DNA of 64,000 nucleotides from Thermoproteota archaeon (GTDB taxonomy: Archaea > Korarchaeota > Korarchaeia > Korarchaeales > Korarchaeaceae): the NCBI GenBank assembly GCA_026986575.1, contig JALSOH010000009.1, forward strand, positions 32,001 through 96,000, written 5' to 3'. The position numbers were made by a program, and so were the translations under genes. Within the stretch, counting starts at the first letter, position 1. Every line of letters begins with the position of its first letter. Positions 35,302 to 45,603 of the stretch are shown in pieces. Under the pieces are notes generated by a model. It was not told the origin of the DNA. It did no database searches and saw nothing but the letters and a program-made list of their open reading frames with translations.

Positions 35302-36053
35302 GAAGGACTGGAGGGAAGCGATGAGGGGGACATGGATAATCGCTCCCTCAGTCTTCCTCGTCGCTTACTTCGGTGTCGTGCTGCCAGCCATCCTGATATA
35401 CGCGGCCAAGGCGACCGGCGAGGTGTTCATCCCCGTCAACATACCCTTCCCGATAAGGGTGGAGGGGGACCTGGCCAGATCCCTATACTTCGCCTTCCAG
35501 GCCGTCATACCCCTCATCTTCCTAGTGATTCCTTTAGCGGTATCCACCATACTCGCCGCTGACGGATTCGCAGGGGAGAGGGAGAGGGGGACCTTGGAAC
35601 TGCTGCTTGCTGCCCCTCTAGACGAGAGGGAGCTCCTCCTCGGGAAGGTACTGGCAGCTCTCGTTCCCGGAGTGGTATCCTCATGGGCGACCTTCCTGCT
35701 GATGGTGCCGACGGTGAACCTCCTGTCCTCCGACATATTCAACGGTCCTTGGTTCCCCCTGGGGCCGGAGTGGATCATTGTCATATTCCTCATATCTCCC
35801 CTGTACTCCTTCTTGGCCGTCGCGATAACGTGTGCCCTTTCATCCAAGGTAAGGAATGTGAAGGAGGCCCAGCAAGGCGCTGGCATCCTCATAGTCCCCT
35901 TACTGATCGTGGTGCTGGCTCAAGTCTTCTGGGGGGGTGGCAGTGGACGCTAAGGCGCTGATCTTGGCATCGCTCCTGATAGGGGGCGTGGATGCGACCA
36001 TGGTGCTCGTACTGCCGAGACTGTTCCACGGCATCAGATACATGCTGGAGTGA
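35270..36053 (+). pseudogene. ABC-2 type permease, frameshifted in a G7 tract (ORF stops at 35953; last TM in the shifted frame to 36053)
   Basis: AGERERGTLELLLAAP...LLLGK motif; removing one G from 35931-35937 restores FWGVAVDAKALILASLLIGGVDATMVLVLPRLF... Confidence 0.75.
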
Positions 36054-36155
36054 CGCCAGACCTCCAGTGGGATCGGGAGTAGAGGAAGGGAAAGGTGCTG
36101 TTACTGCACGCAGGGATTGGATACCAATCTCGCGCGTGAGACACCCCGATCCCCG

Positions 36156-36533
36156 CTACTTGGAGGTATCAGATCTATCTACACTCCTAGTCGCCACCAC
36201 TCTCGTCTCCAAGCCCAAAGGGCGATCCTCCAAGACCTGACCTATGGAGACTGGGGCCTCAACCTCCAAAGTGGCTAGGTAATTCATCAACTCACGGATC
36301 CTCTCCTTAGGTATGGGAGAATCGGTCTTCACGCTGACGACGGGCTCTTTCCCCCCTCTCACCCGTATCACGGTCATTACCACCCTTTTCGGGGATAGGA
36401 CTTCTTCCACGGCCCACTCCCTTCCCCGGGAGCAGTTGAATCCCCTCACATCCCTGACCTCGCTCCCCTCGACCTCCACCTCCACCGAGCAGCTGAGCGG
36501 GCAGATCACGCAGGTGAACCTGTAGACCGTCAT
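36156..36533 (-). CDS. DUF1667 / CxxC Fe-S accessory subunit of the G3P dehydrogenase complex
   Basis: CVICPLSC...G.NC.RG...E...PKR; VSVKT..PIPK. Confidence 0.85.
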   Translation of the reverse strand: MTVYRFTCVICPLSCSVEVEVEGSEVRDVRGFNCSRGREWAVEEVLSPKRVVMTVIRVRGGKEPVVSVKTDSPIPKERIRELMNYLATLEVEAPVSIGQVLEDRPLGLETRVVATRSVDRSDTSK

Positions 36534-37747
36534 CTGATCACCAGCGTGACCTTTCCTCCCCCTACTCCAGCTTTGATCCTGAGTCTGAGCATCTCAGACG
36601 GCTTGAGCACTGGCACCTTCCTCTTCAATCCGACCTCGGGCACTTCCACCAGCGCGTCCTCCACAGGCTTCGACACCCTCGCGTAGAGCCAGATTTCCCT
36701 GTCCCCTCCCAGCATGTGGGGGACGACGAACCTGACGTTTCCCTCCCTCCTGACCCTGATCCATCTCCTCGTGGGAATCCCACCACCTCTGATGAATTCC
36801 TCGGCGCCTCTCGCTGCGGTTCTGCCCTGCTCAACGGCGTAATCCACTAAGTCGTTTATGATCAGGGAGTTACCTGCAGCGAACACCCCGGGCAATGTGG
36901 TTTCGAGCCTGTCGTTGACCACTGGTCCACCAGTGGCGGGATCCATGACTGCTCCGGCTTTCCTGAGGACCTTAACCCTGGGAACCAGACCAGCAGATAT
37001 GAGGAGGGTGTCGCACTCCATCCAGAAACCCTCGCCAGCCCCCTCCAGCTCTTCATCTACCTTCACCACTTTAACCCGCTCGACCCTGCCCCTCCCCCTG
37101 ACCTCCGTCACCTTCTGGCTCAGATAAAGGGGTATGTCGAAGTCCCTGAGGATCATGAGGTTCCTCGCTAACCCGCCGGGGTAGGGCAGCATCTCCACGA
37201 CGGCAACCACCTCTGCCCCCTCGAGGGCGAACCTCCTCGCCATTATCAGGCCCACGTCCCCAGAGCCTACGATGACGACTTTCCTCCCAGGCATGACCCC
37301 GTAGAGGTCCATCATAGCTTGGGCCTCTCCTGCGGTGTAGATGCCGGCCACCCTATCGCCTGCTATTCCCACCTCAAACCTGTGCCTCTCCCTCGCCCCC
37401 GCAGCGTAAATCACCGCCTTGGCCTGCACAGTTTCGTTCCCTCGGGGTGATGCGTAGGTAACCTCCTTGACTAGGTCGGATCTCATCGCTATGGAGGTGA
37501 CATGGGCTTGGGTCCTAACCTCCACATCGCTCCTCCTCACCTCCTCAATCAGGCGGTGCGCGAACTCGGGTCCGGTCAGGTCCTCCCCGAGGCATTGGAG
37601 ACCGAATCCGGGATGGATGCACTGCGGTAGTATGCCGCCCAGTCTGGAGTTCTCGTCTAGGAGGAGGGTCCTTAATCCCAGCTTAGATGACTCAGAAGCT
37701 GCGGCCAGCCCAGCTGGGCCTCCACCCACGATCACCACGTCATACAT
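36530..37747 (-). CDS. NAD(P)/FAD-dependent oxidoreductase (G3P dehydrogenase partner)
   Basis: GGGPAG, GGILPQCIHPGFG, LTGPEF, GSGDVGLIMARR, FAAGN. Confidence 0.88.
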   Translation of the reverse strand: MYDVVIVGGGPAGLAAASESSKLGLRTLLLDENSRLGGILPQCIHPGFGLQCLGEDLTGPEFAHRLIEEVRRSDVEVRTQAHVTSIAMRSDLVKEVTYASPRGNETVQAKAVIYAAGARERHRFEVGIAGDRVAGIYTAGEAQAMMDLYGVMPGRKVVIVGSGDVGLIMARRFALEGAEVVAVVEMLPYPGGLARNLMILRDFDIPLYLSQKVTEVRGRGRVERVKVVKVDEELEGAGEGFWMECDTLLISAGLVPRVKVLRKAGAVMDPATGGPVVNDRLETTLPGVFAAGNSLIINDLVDYAVEQGRTAARGAEEFIRGGGIPTRRWIRVRREGNVRFVVPHMLGGDREIWLYARVSKPVEDALVEVPEVGLKRKVPVLKPSEMLRLRIKAGVGGGKVTLVIR

Positions 37748-37748
37748 G

Positions 37749-39170
37749 CTATCGCCTCAGGAGGACCTTCACATCACCCACTCCCAGCTCGCTCCCCCTT
37801 CCCTTCAAGGTGACCTCCCACAGTGGAACTCTAAACTCCTCGGCCAGTATCCTAGCTATTTCTATCCTGCAGAAGGATCCTTGGCACGTGCCCGTGGTTG
37901 CAGAGGTCCTGAACTTGACGGAGTCCACGCTCGGGATCTTCACCCCAATGCGCTTCATCCTCCTGATCGCCTCCCTTATCTCGGACTCCCTGACTAGGTT
38001 ACACCGGCAGATCACCCTTCCTCTAGCGGTTCCATCCCTGTGGATACCCCTCCTCTCGGCCTTCCACTTCGCCTTCTCCTTCAGATCGATGCCCATTCCC
38101 TCAAGTATCCTGACTACCTCCTTGGCGACAGCCGGGGCCGCCGTCAGTCCCGGAGACCTCATGCCAGCCACGTTCACGAATCCCCAAACATCCTCAGCCC
38201 TGATCACGAAGTCCCCTCCTGTTGGCTCCGGCCTCAGACCGGAGAATGTCCTTATCACTCTGCTAAGGGGAGGGAGGGGCCACATCTCTGATGCTCTCTC
38301 GTAGACCTCCCTCAGTCCCTTTGGAGTGGTGCTCCTATCATCCTTCTCCTCCTTCGGGAGGTCCTGAGCGTTCGGCCCCACCATGAGATGGCCCTGAACC
38401 TCTGTGGTGACCACGATCCCCTTACTCTTCTCGCTAGGGGTGGGGAAGAGCACCCTAGACGGCTTGGGACCGGCATCCTCGTCAAATATGAGGTATTCGC
38501 CCTTTCTAGGTCTTATCTCGAAGTAGTCGATCCCCGCCATCCTAGAAATCTCGTCGGCATGCAGTCCAGCGGCGTTTATCACGACATCGGCCTCCAAGAA
38601 TCCCGTATTGGTCCTTAACCCTTTCACCCTATCCCCGCTCACCTCCACCCCCCTGACCTCCGTATCAAGGTGCACCTTCACCCCGTTGTCGACCGCGTTC
38701 TCCACCAACGCAATCACCGCTTGAGGCGGCGAGATCTGACCGACGGTGGGAGCGTAGAGGGCGGCCTCCACCTTCATTAGGTTCGGTTCCATCGAGAGCG
38801 CTTCATCCCTCTCCAATATCCTCAGCTCCGGGACCCCGTTCCTCTCGCCCCTCCTCAAGAGCTCCTCTAACACCTTCACCTCCGACTCCTCCTTAGCTAT
38901 TACGAGGGCGCCGCTCCAGGCGTGAGGGATGTCCAGCTCCTCCACCCATCGATGCCAGATCCTGTTTCCTTCGACACAGAGCCTAGCCCTATTGGGAAAT
39001 CTGTCTGGGTCATCGTCGTATCCTGCGTGGATGAGGCCGGTATTCGCCTTACTCACTCCCCAACCGACGTCAGCTTTCCTCTCCACTAGATGGACTTCAA
39101 CCTCGTATCGACTCAGCTCCCTAGCTATGCTGGTCCCCACGATTCCAGCGCCTATGATAGCGACCCTCAT
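37749..39170 (-). CDS. glpA: FAD-dependent glycerol-3-phosphate dehydrogenase-like subunit with C-terminal BFD-like [2Fe-2S] domain
   Basis: GAGIVG, SKANTGLIHAG, RKGEY, SGLRP, SPGLTAAPA; CRC...GTCQGSFC; next to glpQ. Confidence 0.8.
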   Translation of the reverse strand: MRVAIIGAGIVGTSIARELSRYEVEVHLVERKADVGWGVSKANTGLIHAGYDDDPDRFPNRARLCVEGNRIWHRWVEELDIPHAWSGALVIAKEESEVKVLEELLRRGERNGVPELRILERDEALSMEPNLMKVEAALYAPTVGQISPPQAVIALVENAVDNGVKVHLDTEVRGVEVSGDRVKGLRTNTGFLEADVVINAAGLHADEISRMAGIDYFEIRPRKGEYLIFDEDAGPKPSRVLFPTPSEKSKGIVVTTEVQGHLMVGPNAQDLPKEEKDDRSTTPKGLREVYERASEMWPLPPLSRVIRTFSGLRPEPTGGDFVIRAEDVWGFVNVAGMRSPGLTAAPAVAKEVVRILEGMGIDLKEKAKWKAERRGIHRDGTARGRVICRCNLVRESEIREAIRRMKRIGVKIPSVDSVKFRTSATTGTCQGSFCRIEIARILAEEFRVPLWEVTLKGRGSELGVGDVKVLLRR

Positions 39171-39195
39171 GGGATCTAACCCGACCTAACCTAAC

Positions 39196-39936
39196 CTACC
39201 TAAGGCCCATGCTCCTCAGTAGCTTCAGTGCTTTGGGCGGATCGTCGGTGATGACCGCGTCGAAAGTGCCAGCCAGCTCGGGCAGCAGCTGATGGAGGTG
39301 ATCATCGTTAGCGGCCCACAATATCAGCCTGAGCCCCATACTCCTGAGCATCTCCGATGCCGCGGCGAAGCCCTCAATGCCAAGGAGGTCAACTCCCTCC
39401 ACAGGTGCGTTCACGGAGAAAAGCCTCAATTCCCTAGTGAGGGAGGGGATCTTGGCGAGCATCTCCTCGCTATCTATCAGGAGACCTAGCCTCGCTTCAG
39501 GGTCGAGGGACCTCACCCTCCTCAAGGCATTAACGTCGAAGGATGAGTAGAGGACACGATCCGAGGAGCCAGTCTCCCTCACCACCTGGACACATCTCTC
39601 AGCAGCCCTCTCCTCCTTTATCTCCACGTTCACTAGCCTCTCAACTCTGGAGAGGACCTCCCTCAGGGTGGGAACGTGCTGACCCATCCCCAAGTCGGCC
39701 CTCCTTATCTCCGCCAGCGTGAGCTCACCTACCAGCCCGGACATGCTCGATGTCCTGTCCAAGGATTCATCGTGGATCACCACCACCTCTCCGTCGCCTG
39801 TTAGCCTCACGTCTAACTCTACCCCATCGGCTCCGGCCTTCACAGCCTCCTCGAAGGCCAATAACGAGTTCTCGGGATATAGAGCGCTGTATCCTCTATG
39901 GCCGAGCACAAGCACGCTACCAGCTTCCCAGCTCAT
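39196..39936 (-). CDS. glpQ: Glycerophosphodiester phosphodiesterase
   Basis: GHRG, PENSL, ELDV, IHD, NVEIK, SSF, ITDDP. Confidence 0.92.
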   Translation of the reverse strand: MSWEAGSVLVLGHRGYSALYPENSLLAFEEAVKAGADGVELDVRLTGDGEVVVIHDESLDRTSSMSGLVGELTLAEIRRADLGMGQHVPTLREVLSRVERLVNVEIKEERAAERCVQVVRETGSSDRVLYSSFDVNALRRVRSLDPEARLGLLIDSEEMLAKIPSLTRELRLFSVNAPVEGVDLLGIEGFAAASEMLRSMGLRLILWAANDDHLHQLLPELAGTFDAVITDDPPKALKLLRSMGLR

Positions 39937-40022
39937 CGAGGTAGGGAGGTGAATGGAGCTTTTAAACTGGGTGTCAGTTGACGCCTTTTAAGGAACCGGT
40001 CCTTAGGGCCGCGGAGGTCAAC

Positions 40023-41299
40023 ATGCCCTCGGACCCGGACTTCAGCTATGGGCGTATATTTGTGCTGGGTTGGGTTTCTTCGGGATAAGCATAATATGGT
40101 CGCTCTACAATGCTTATGTTCCCATTTTCCTGAAGGACTTCGCCCTCTCTTCATTCATCATAGGGATCGTGATGGTCATAGACAACGTGTTCGCGATACT
40201 CCTTCTACCCTACCTCGGCGCCCTCAGCGACAGGACTAGGACCAGATGGGGGAGGAGAAAGCCCTACATAATGGTGGGCGCTCCCCTAGCCGCTCTCATG
40301 TTCGCGCTCATTCCCCTAGCTAGGGAGAGCGCTGACCTGGCGTTGATGATGGGGACCATAATCACGATGAACTTCTTCATGGCCCTCTTCCGTTCCCCTG
40401 TAATAGCTTTCATGCCCGACATCACTCCCTCCCAGTACAGAAGCCAAGCTAACGGGATAATCAACTTCATGGGCGGTGTGGGATCCCTCCTCGTGTACTT
40501 CGCCGGTAAGGTGCTCTACGACATCCATTACTCACTCCCCTTCCTCATCGGAGCTGCCCTCATGCTTCTAGCTAACCTCGTGGTAGTTCTCTTTGTCCCT
40601 GAACCCGAGGAATACAAGCATAAGGGGCAGAAACTCTATCTAAGGGAATTCTTTAGGAAGACGACGGAGGAGAGCTTCGGAGAGCTCAAGGAGAACCTCA
40701 AAGACGTGTTTTCCAGTGGTGAGAGGAGCCTGTTCTTCATGCTCCTCTCAATACTGCTGTGGTTCATAGCCTTCAACTCGCTGGAGACATTCTTCACCAG
40801 CTACGCCAAGTTCAGGCTTGGGATAGGCGAATCCACAGGAGCCCTCATACTGGGATTCGTGGCCCTCGGCTTTATACTCTTCTCACTACCAGCCGGGTTC
40901 ATAGGCGCGAGGTTCGGCAGGAGAAGGACTATTTCGCTGGGTCTCATACTGATCACGGTCATAATGCTGCTCGCCATCCAAGCGAGCGACTCCCCCAACG
41001 TCCTACCACTCTTCTCGGGCCTCTTCTTCTTGGGAGGATTGGGATGGGCTCTGGTGAACGTGAACTCCCTTCCCATGATCGTGGACATGACCGTGGATGA
41101 GAAACTGGGCGGGTATACGGGACTCTACTATTTCTTCTCCCAGGCGGCCAACATATTCGCTCCTCCCCTAGCTGGGCTCTTCATAGACGCTCTGGGATAC
41201 GATTCCCTCCTCCCATTCGCAATAGTTTTCTTCGCGGCCTCCCTACTGACCATGCAGTTCGTTAGGAGGGGTGAGATTAAGGTACTCGATCAACTGTAG
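40023..41299 (+). pseudogene. MFS transporter (GPH/sucrose-type) with a 1-bp frameshift near the 5' end
   Basis: SD GGAGGT + ATG 40023 gives MPSDPDFSYGRIFVLG, then the frame shifts near 40069 to GFFGISIIW...SDRTRTRWGRRKPY. Confidence 0.7.
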
Positions 41300-41476
41300 G
41301 CTTCCTTCCACATCACGCCTTCCTCCTTTCAACCCAACTAACCAATTCAAACAAACAAATTTATATTCACTTTACCACAATTCAACTTATTTTTTACGAA
41401 CAAAGTCGCTTATATCTTATTGACTGAGTCGCTGGTAAACAAGATTGTTTGTATCTAAGTAGTTTACCTTAGACTC

Positions 41477-42731
41477 GTGAGCGTCAGGGAGAGATTAAGG
41501 CTGGTGCTCAGGGAATGGGAGGTCCTAGGCCCTCCCCCCTCCAGCCAAGCCGAGGCGAGTCGATCACTGAGTCCTCAAGCTACCCCACATCGTGGATGTC
41601 GTCGGGGTCAGGAGGGCATGGAAGACGTACCTCCTCTATTACTGGGCTAAGCGACTCATGGACGAGGGAGAGAACGTCATCTACCTGAACTTTGAGGACA
41701 GGAGGCTTCACCCCTTGGACTGGGATTTAATCGAGGAGGTGGAGAGACAGGCCCTACTTAAGGGCAGGACGTATTTGATGCTCGATGAGGTGCAAGAGTT
41801 TCCTGAATGGGGAAGATGGGCTAGGAGCCTGTACGACAGGCGGAGGGAGGTGAAGCTCATCGTGAGATCTACCTCTAGGATCCTCCAGCCCGAGATCTCG
41901 TCCCTGCTGACGGGGAGGCATGTTACCCTCAAGTTGTTCCCACTAAACTTCCTTGAATTCATAACATCCAAGGATATACACCTGAAGGGGTTGCCCGAGG
42001 AAGAGAGCCTGTTAATGAACCTCTTCGACGAGTACTTGCGGTGGGGCGCCTTCCCTGAGGTGACCCTCCTCGAGGAGAAGGGCTTGCTGCTCAGGTCTTA
42101 CTACGAGGACATTCTCTACAGGGATCTAGTGGGCAGGTTCGGAATCAGGGAGGTCCAGACAATGGAAAGCTTCCTCAAGTACCTGCTGACCAAAGTTGGC
42201 AGGCCGTTCAGCATAAGGAGGGCCAAGAACTTCTTGGCTTCCTATGGTATAAGCGCCGGCACTAGGACTATATTTAGATCCACGGGAATGTTGGAGGAAA
42301 TATTCCTTTTCTTCTTCGTTCAAGCGTACGGCAAGGTGAAAGATGCTCTAAGGCATCCCAGAAAGGCCTACACGGTTGACTTGGGGCTGAAGAGGTTAGC
42401 TACCACCAAGGAGGACAGGGGGGCTGAACTCGAAAATCTGATTTTCCTGCACTTCAAGAGGAACGGCGAGGAGATCAGGTACTGGAAGGGAGATAAGGGA
42501 GAGGTAGATTTGCTCATCATGGGAAAGTACACGGTTCAGGTCGCTTGGGAGCTCACTTCGGATAACGAGAGGAGGGAGTTGGCTCCTCTGGTGGAGTGTG
42601 CTAAGAGGGATAGAGTGAAACCTTTACTGGTTACTTACGAACAAGAGGACGTGATAGAGAGGGAGGGCATGAAAATAAGGGTTATTCCAGCCTACAAGCT
42701 GTTATTAGAGAGTAGAGTAATGATTTCTTAA
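41477..42731 (+). pseudogene. Decayed AAA+ ATPase (AAA_14 + DUF4143 family)
   Basis: Walker A GVRRAWKT (G to W), YLNFED, LDEVQ, LTGR, GAFPE, RD, K.Y.VDLG, EN, EVD; N-terminal part out of frame with an in-frame TGA. Confidence 0.75.
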
Positions 42732-42943
42732 AAGGAGCGTAGCAGCTTAGACACATATCACAAAAATCTCACTAAAGATCTAACGAACCTAGGGACGGTC
42801 ATTAGGTGGATCCATGGCATAAAGGTGAGCTACCTCCTCAACTCGGTAAAGATGACTCATCGGCTTCTTACCGAGGGTTCTAGTGGGATTTCCCCTCCAC
42901 CGGGAAATACATTATCGTAATCACAATCATGAAGAGCGACCGA

Positions 42944-43339
42944 TCACCTTATGGGCCTTACTCCTTCGGCCCACGCTACTTTCGCTTGGTCTGAATCTAA
43001 GGTCAGAAGAGGTGAAGCTTCCTCGATGGACAGGGCGACGTATATGGAGTCGTAGACCGTTATCCTATGTTTTAGTGCGATCTCGAAGGCTTTATCCAAA
43101 TACCGGGCCTGAGGCTTCAAAATCACGTTGTGCTCGATGAATTCCCTCAACAGAGAGAACGCCTCCTTAGCATTCTCCTCAGAGATCCTACCCGAAAGAG
43201 AAGCAGCCCAGATGGCATTGGCTGTCTCCTTCTGGAGCAGATCGACCGACAGGAACAGGTCCGAGACATCGAGTAGGCTCTCCCATCCCTCCTCCTTCAG
43301 GATTATGGCAGTCAGGGCCGATGCGTCAATGACTATCAC
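42944..43339 (-). CDS. vapC: VapC/PIN toxin
   Basis: IVIDASA, E.ANAIW, ITVYDSIYVAL, LLTLD. Confidence 0.92.
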   Translation of the reverse strand: MIVIDASALTAIILKEEGWESLLDVSDLFLSVDLLQKETANAIWAASLSGRISEENAKEAFSLLREFIEHNVILKPQARYLDKAFEIALKHRITVYDSIYVALSIEEASPLLTLDSDQAKVAWAEGVRPIR

Positions 43340-43559
43340 GGTCCTCCCTCACTAGCTTAGCGGAAGACCCCTTCTGGAGGGACCAAGGGGCTTTTCTCAA
43401 CTTTTCCCTTATTCTTTCCTTGCTCTCTTTAGCCTCCATCTCCCTTATCTTCAGTTCAACGAACTTCCTCAGCTCCTCAGACCAATTCACCCTTTCCTTA
43501 AACGCCTCCATCTTTCTCTTCAAATCCCTTTTTACCTTGAATGACACTACCTCGGACAC
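43326..43559 (-). CDS. vapB: VapB-type (RHH) antitoxin
   Basis: 77 aa; VVSFKV...LKRKM...VNWSEELRKF; ends LVREDRD; overlaps vapC. Confidence 0.85.
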   Translation of the reverse strand: MSEVVSFKVKRDLKRKMEAFKERVNWSEELRKFVELKIREMEAKESKERIREKLRKAPWSLQKGSSAKLVREDRDSH

Positions 43560-43828
43560 ATGCGTTATACCCTAGCGTTATATTTAGGGTTTACTATTAG
43601 TATTACACAGCTAAGGCCTTGGTGAAGCCGAGAACATCACTCGCCGTCGATGTCCGTAGAGGATTCTCCCATTCTCGAGCAACTTCCTTTCCCTGATGAA
43701 CCATACGAATATAGAGAAGAGCAACATTATCCATCTATTTTTGGCGCGCGATCTATTTTTCTCACATCAAGAATACGGGCAAGGGAGTCGTTCACGCTCA
43801 TACACGGGGGGCTCAGTTCAGTTAATTC

Positions 43829-44170
43829 TCACATCACCTCTATCCTCTTCTTAACGAATTTGAGGTACCAATCCTCCTCCTCAGGCCTCAACAGGTGTAT
43901 CTCGACGGGAGCGTCCACACCTACTGCCTCTAATATCTTTGCCACAAGCTTAGATCTCTCTCCGACCGATTTGGGGACTCTACGCGATACCACCATGATG
44001 TCCACATCGCTAGACGGCGTGTCCATGCCTTCAGCAACCGAGCCGAACAGGTAGACTCTAACTTCCCCAAATATCTCCTCTGCAATCTCCTTGACGACCT
44101 TAGCTATCCTGACAGGATCTCTCCTGTACCTCTCCTCCTCCCTCACGAGGTCTATCAGGTGCTCAAACAT
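43829..44170 (-). CDS. Minimal nucleotidyltransferase (MNT) antitoxin
   Basis: YLFGSVAEG...SDVDIMVV. Confidence 0.9.
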   Translation of the reverse strand: MFEHLIDLVREEERYRRDPVRIAKVVKEIAEEIFGEVRVYLFGSVAEGMDTPSSDVDIMVVSRRVPKSVGERSKLVAKILEAVGVDAPVEIHLLRPEEEDWYLKFVKKRIEVM

Positions 44171-44549
44171 ACCTCCTCACCAGCTCGAATATGGAGAGAG
44201 CGACCTCCATCATACTCACCACTTCTTCCTCGTAAAACTCGGCTGGTAGATATCTGGAGGTCATGTAAGCGTTTTCCAAGTTCGACAAGCTGTTTATATT
44301 CTCTCTCAGGAATTCCATTATCTCCTCATCGCCTAAGGACTTGGAGAGGAGCTTGAGCAGCCTCCTTATCGAGTGAGTCCTCGGGTAGTCACCGGTCCTC
44401 CGGAAGAGTGCATACTTGAGGATCAGCTCGGAGGCTTGGTGGAAGTGGAAAGCTGCTAGGTCAAGAACTCCCTCTTCTAAGAGCCTCTTGCCTACCTCGA
44501 GGAACTTTTCAGCCCTCTCCCTTAGGAACTCCCCCTCCTCTCTCCTCAT
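44163..44549 (-). CDS. HEPN domain protein (MNT-HEPN pair)
   Basis: AAFHFHQASELILK, PRTHSIRRL, Y..SRYLP. Confidence 0.9.
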   Translation of the reverse strand: MRREEGEFLRERAEKFLEVGKRLLEEGVLDLAAFHFHQASELILKYALFRRTGDYPRTHSIRRLLKLLSKSLGDEEIMEFLRENINSLSNLENAYMTSRYLPAEFYEEEVVSMMEVALSIFELVRRYV

Positions 44550-44736
44550 TCAATGTACCTGAGATGTCTTCCTAAATATCCTTTCCTACTGAGAATGTCA
44601 CGAACATGCTTTCAGGGATGAGACTTGCGGAGGCGGGAGCGACCTTCCCTCTAGGTCCATGAGAATACGCTCCGGAAATCAAGGACTATTACCCCCGAGG
44701 ATTCGGCTAGTTCAACCGCACCAGACCCGCCACAGG

Positions 44737-45603
44737 TCATGATGCTCCTAGATGAGCCCTCAGGAAGGTGAGCACCTTCTTCCCGTACTCATCGGGCTCC
44801 GCCTCCATCACCCTAACGTGAGCCCCCTCACCGATCCACAGCTCCACGTGGGGATTGACCCTTCTATTCAGGGCGACGAATTCCTCCGCCTCCTCTACCT
44901 TGACCAGGGGATCCTGCCTTCCCACGATTATGAGGAGGGGCCTCACCACCCTCCCAGCGTATCCCATGACGTTGACATTCTCCACTCCTGTCAGCGTCTT
45001 GGCGAAGACCCTGACGAGGGGATAGAGGAAGGAGGGCAGATTAGCGAAGTACTTCAGCCCCCTAGCTGCGCTCCTGTCCGCGTAAAATGGAGGACTGTCA
45101 GCCACCCCCACATCGGCCATATCATCAGCTAACGCCCCTATGGTCACGATCCCTCCCATGGAGTAGCCGATCAGCGCAACTTTCACATTCTCTCCCCTTC
45201 TGGAGCGGATCCATTCTAGGGCTGCCTTGAGATCGAGCAGTTCCATGTTGCCGAATGTGGTGTATCTCCCACCGCTCCTCCCGTGGGCCCTGAAGTCGAA
45301 GGTCAATATGTTGTAATCCTCATCAGCCAAGTACTCCATCATCCTCCTTATGTAAAAAGCCCACCTGCTCACCGTGTAACCGTGGAGGAGCACCACCGTC
45401 TTATCGCTCCCCCTGTCTATCCACCACCCCTCAAGCCTGAGGCCGTTATCTGTGGTCAAAGTTACCTCCTCGTAATCGAGGTCCAGGTCGGAGGGAGTCC
45501 ACTCTCCAACGTACCTGGGAGGCCTCACCAGCCTATAGCTCACGTAAAAAACGAAGAGGAGGAAAGCGCCTAGGGCAGCGAGGATGGCTACTAGGTAGAT
45601 CAT
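44737..45603 (-). CDS. Membrane-anchored alpha/beta hydrolase (lipase/lysophospholipase-like)
   Basis: N-terminal TM, LLHGY, DFRAHGRSGG, GYSMGG nucleophile, D and H (GAH) triad. Confidence 0.88.
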   Translation of the reverse strand: MIYLVAILAALGAFLLFVFYVSYRLVRPPRYVGEWTPSDLDLDYEEVTLTTDNGLRLEGWWIDRGSDKTVVLLHGYTVSRWAFYIRRMMEYLADEDYNILTFDFRAHGRSGGRYTTFGNMELLDLKAALEWIRSRRGENVKVALIGYSMGGIVTIGALADDMADVGVADSPPFYADRSAARGLKYFANLPSFLYPLVRVFAKTLTGVENVNVMGYAGRVVRPLLIIVGRQDPLVKVEEAEEFVALNRRVNPHVELWIGEGAHVRVMEAEPDEYGKKVLTFLRAHLGAS

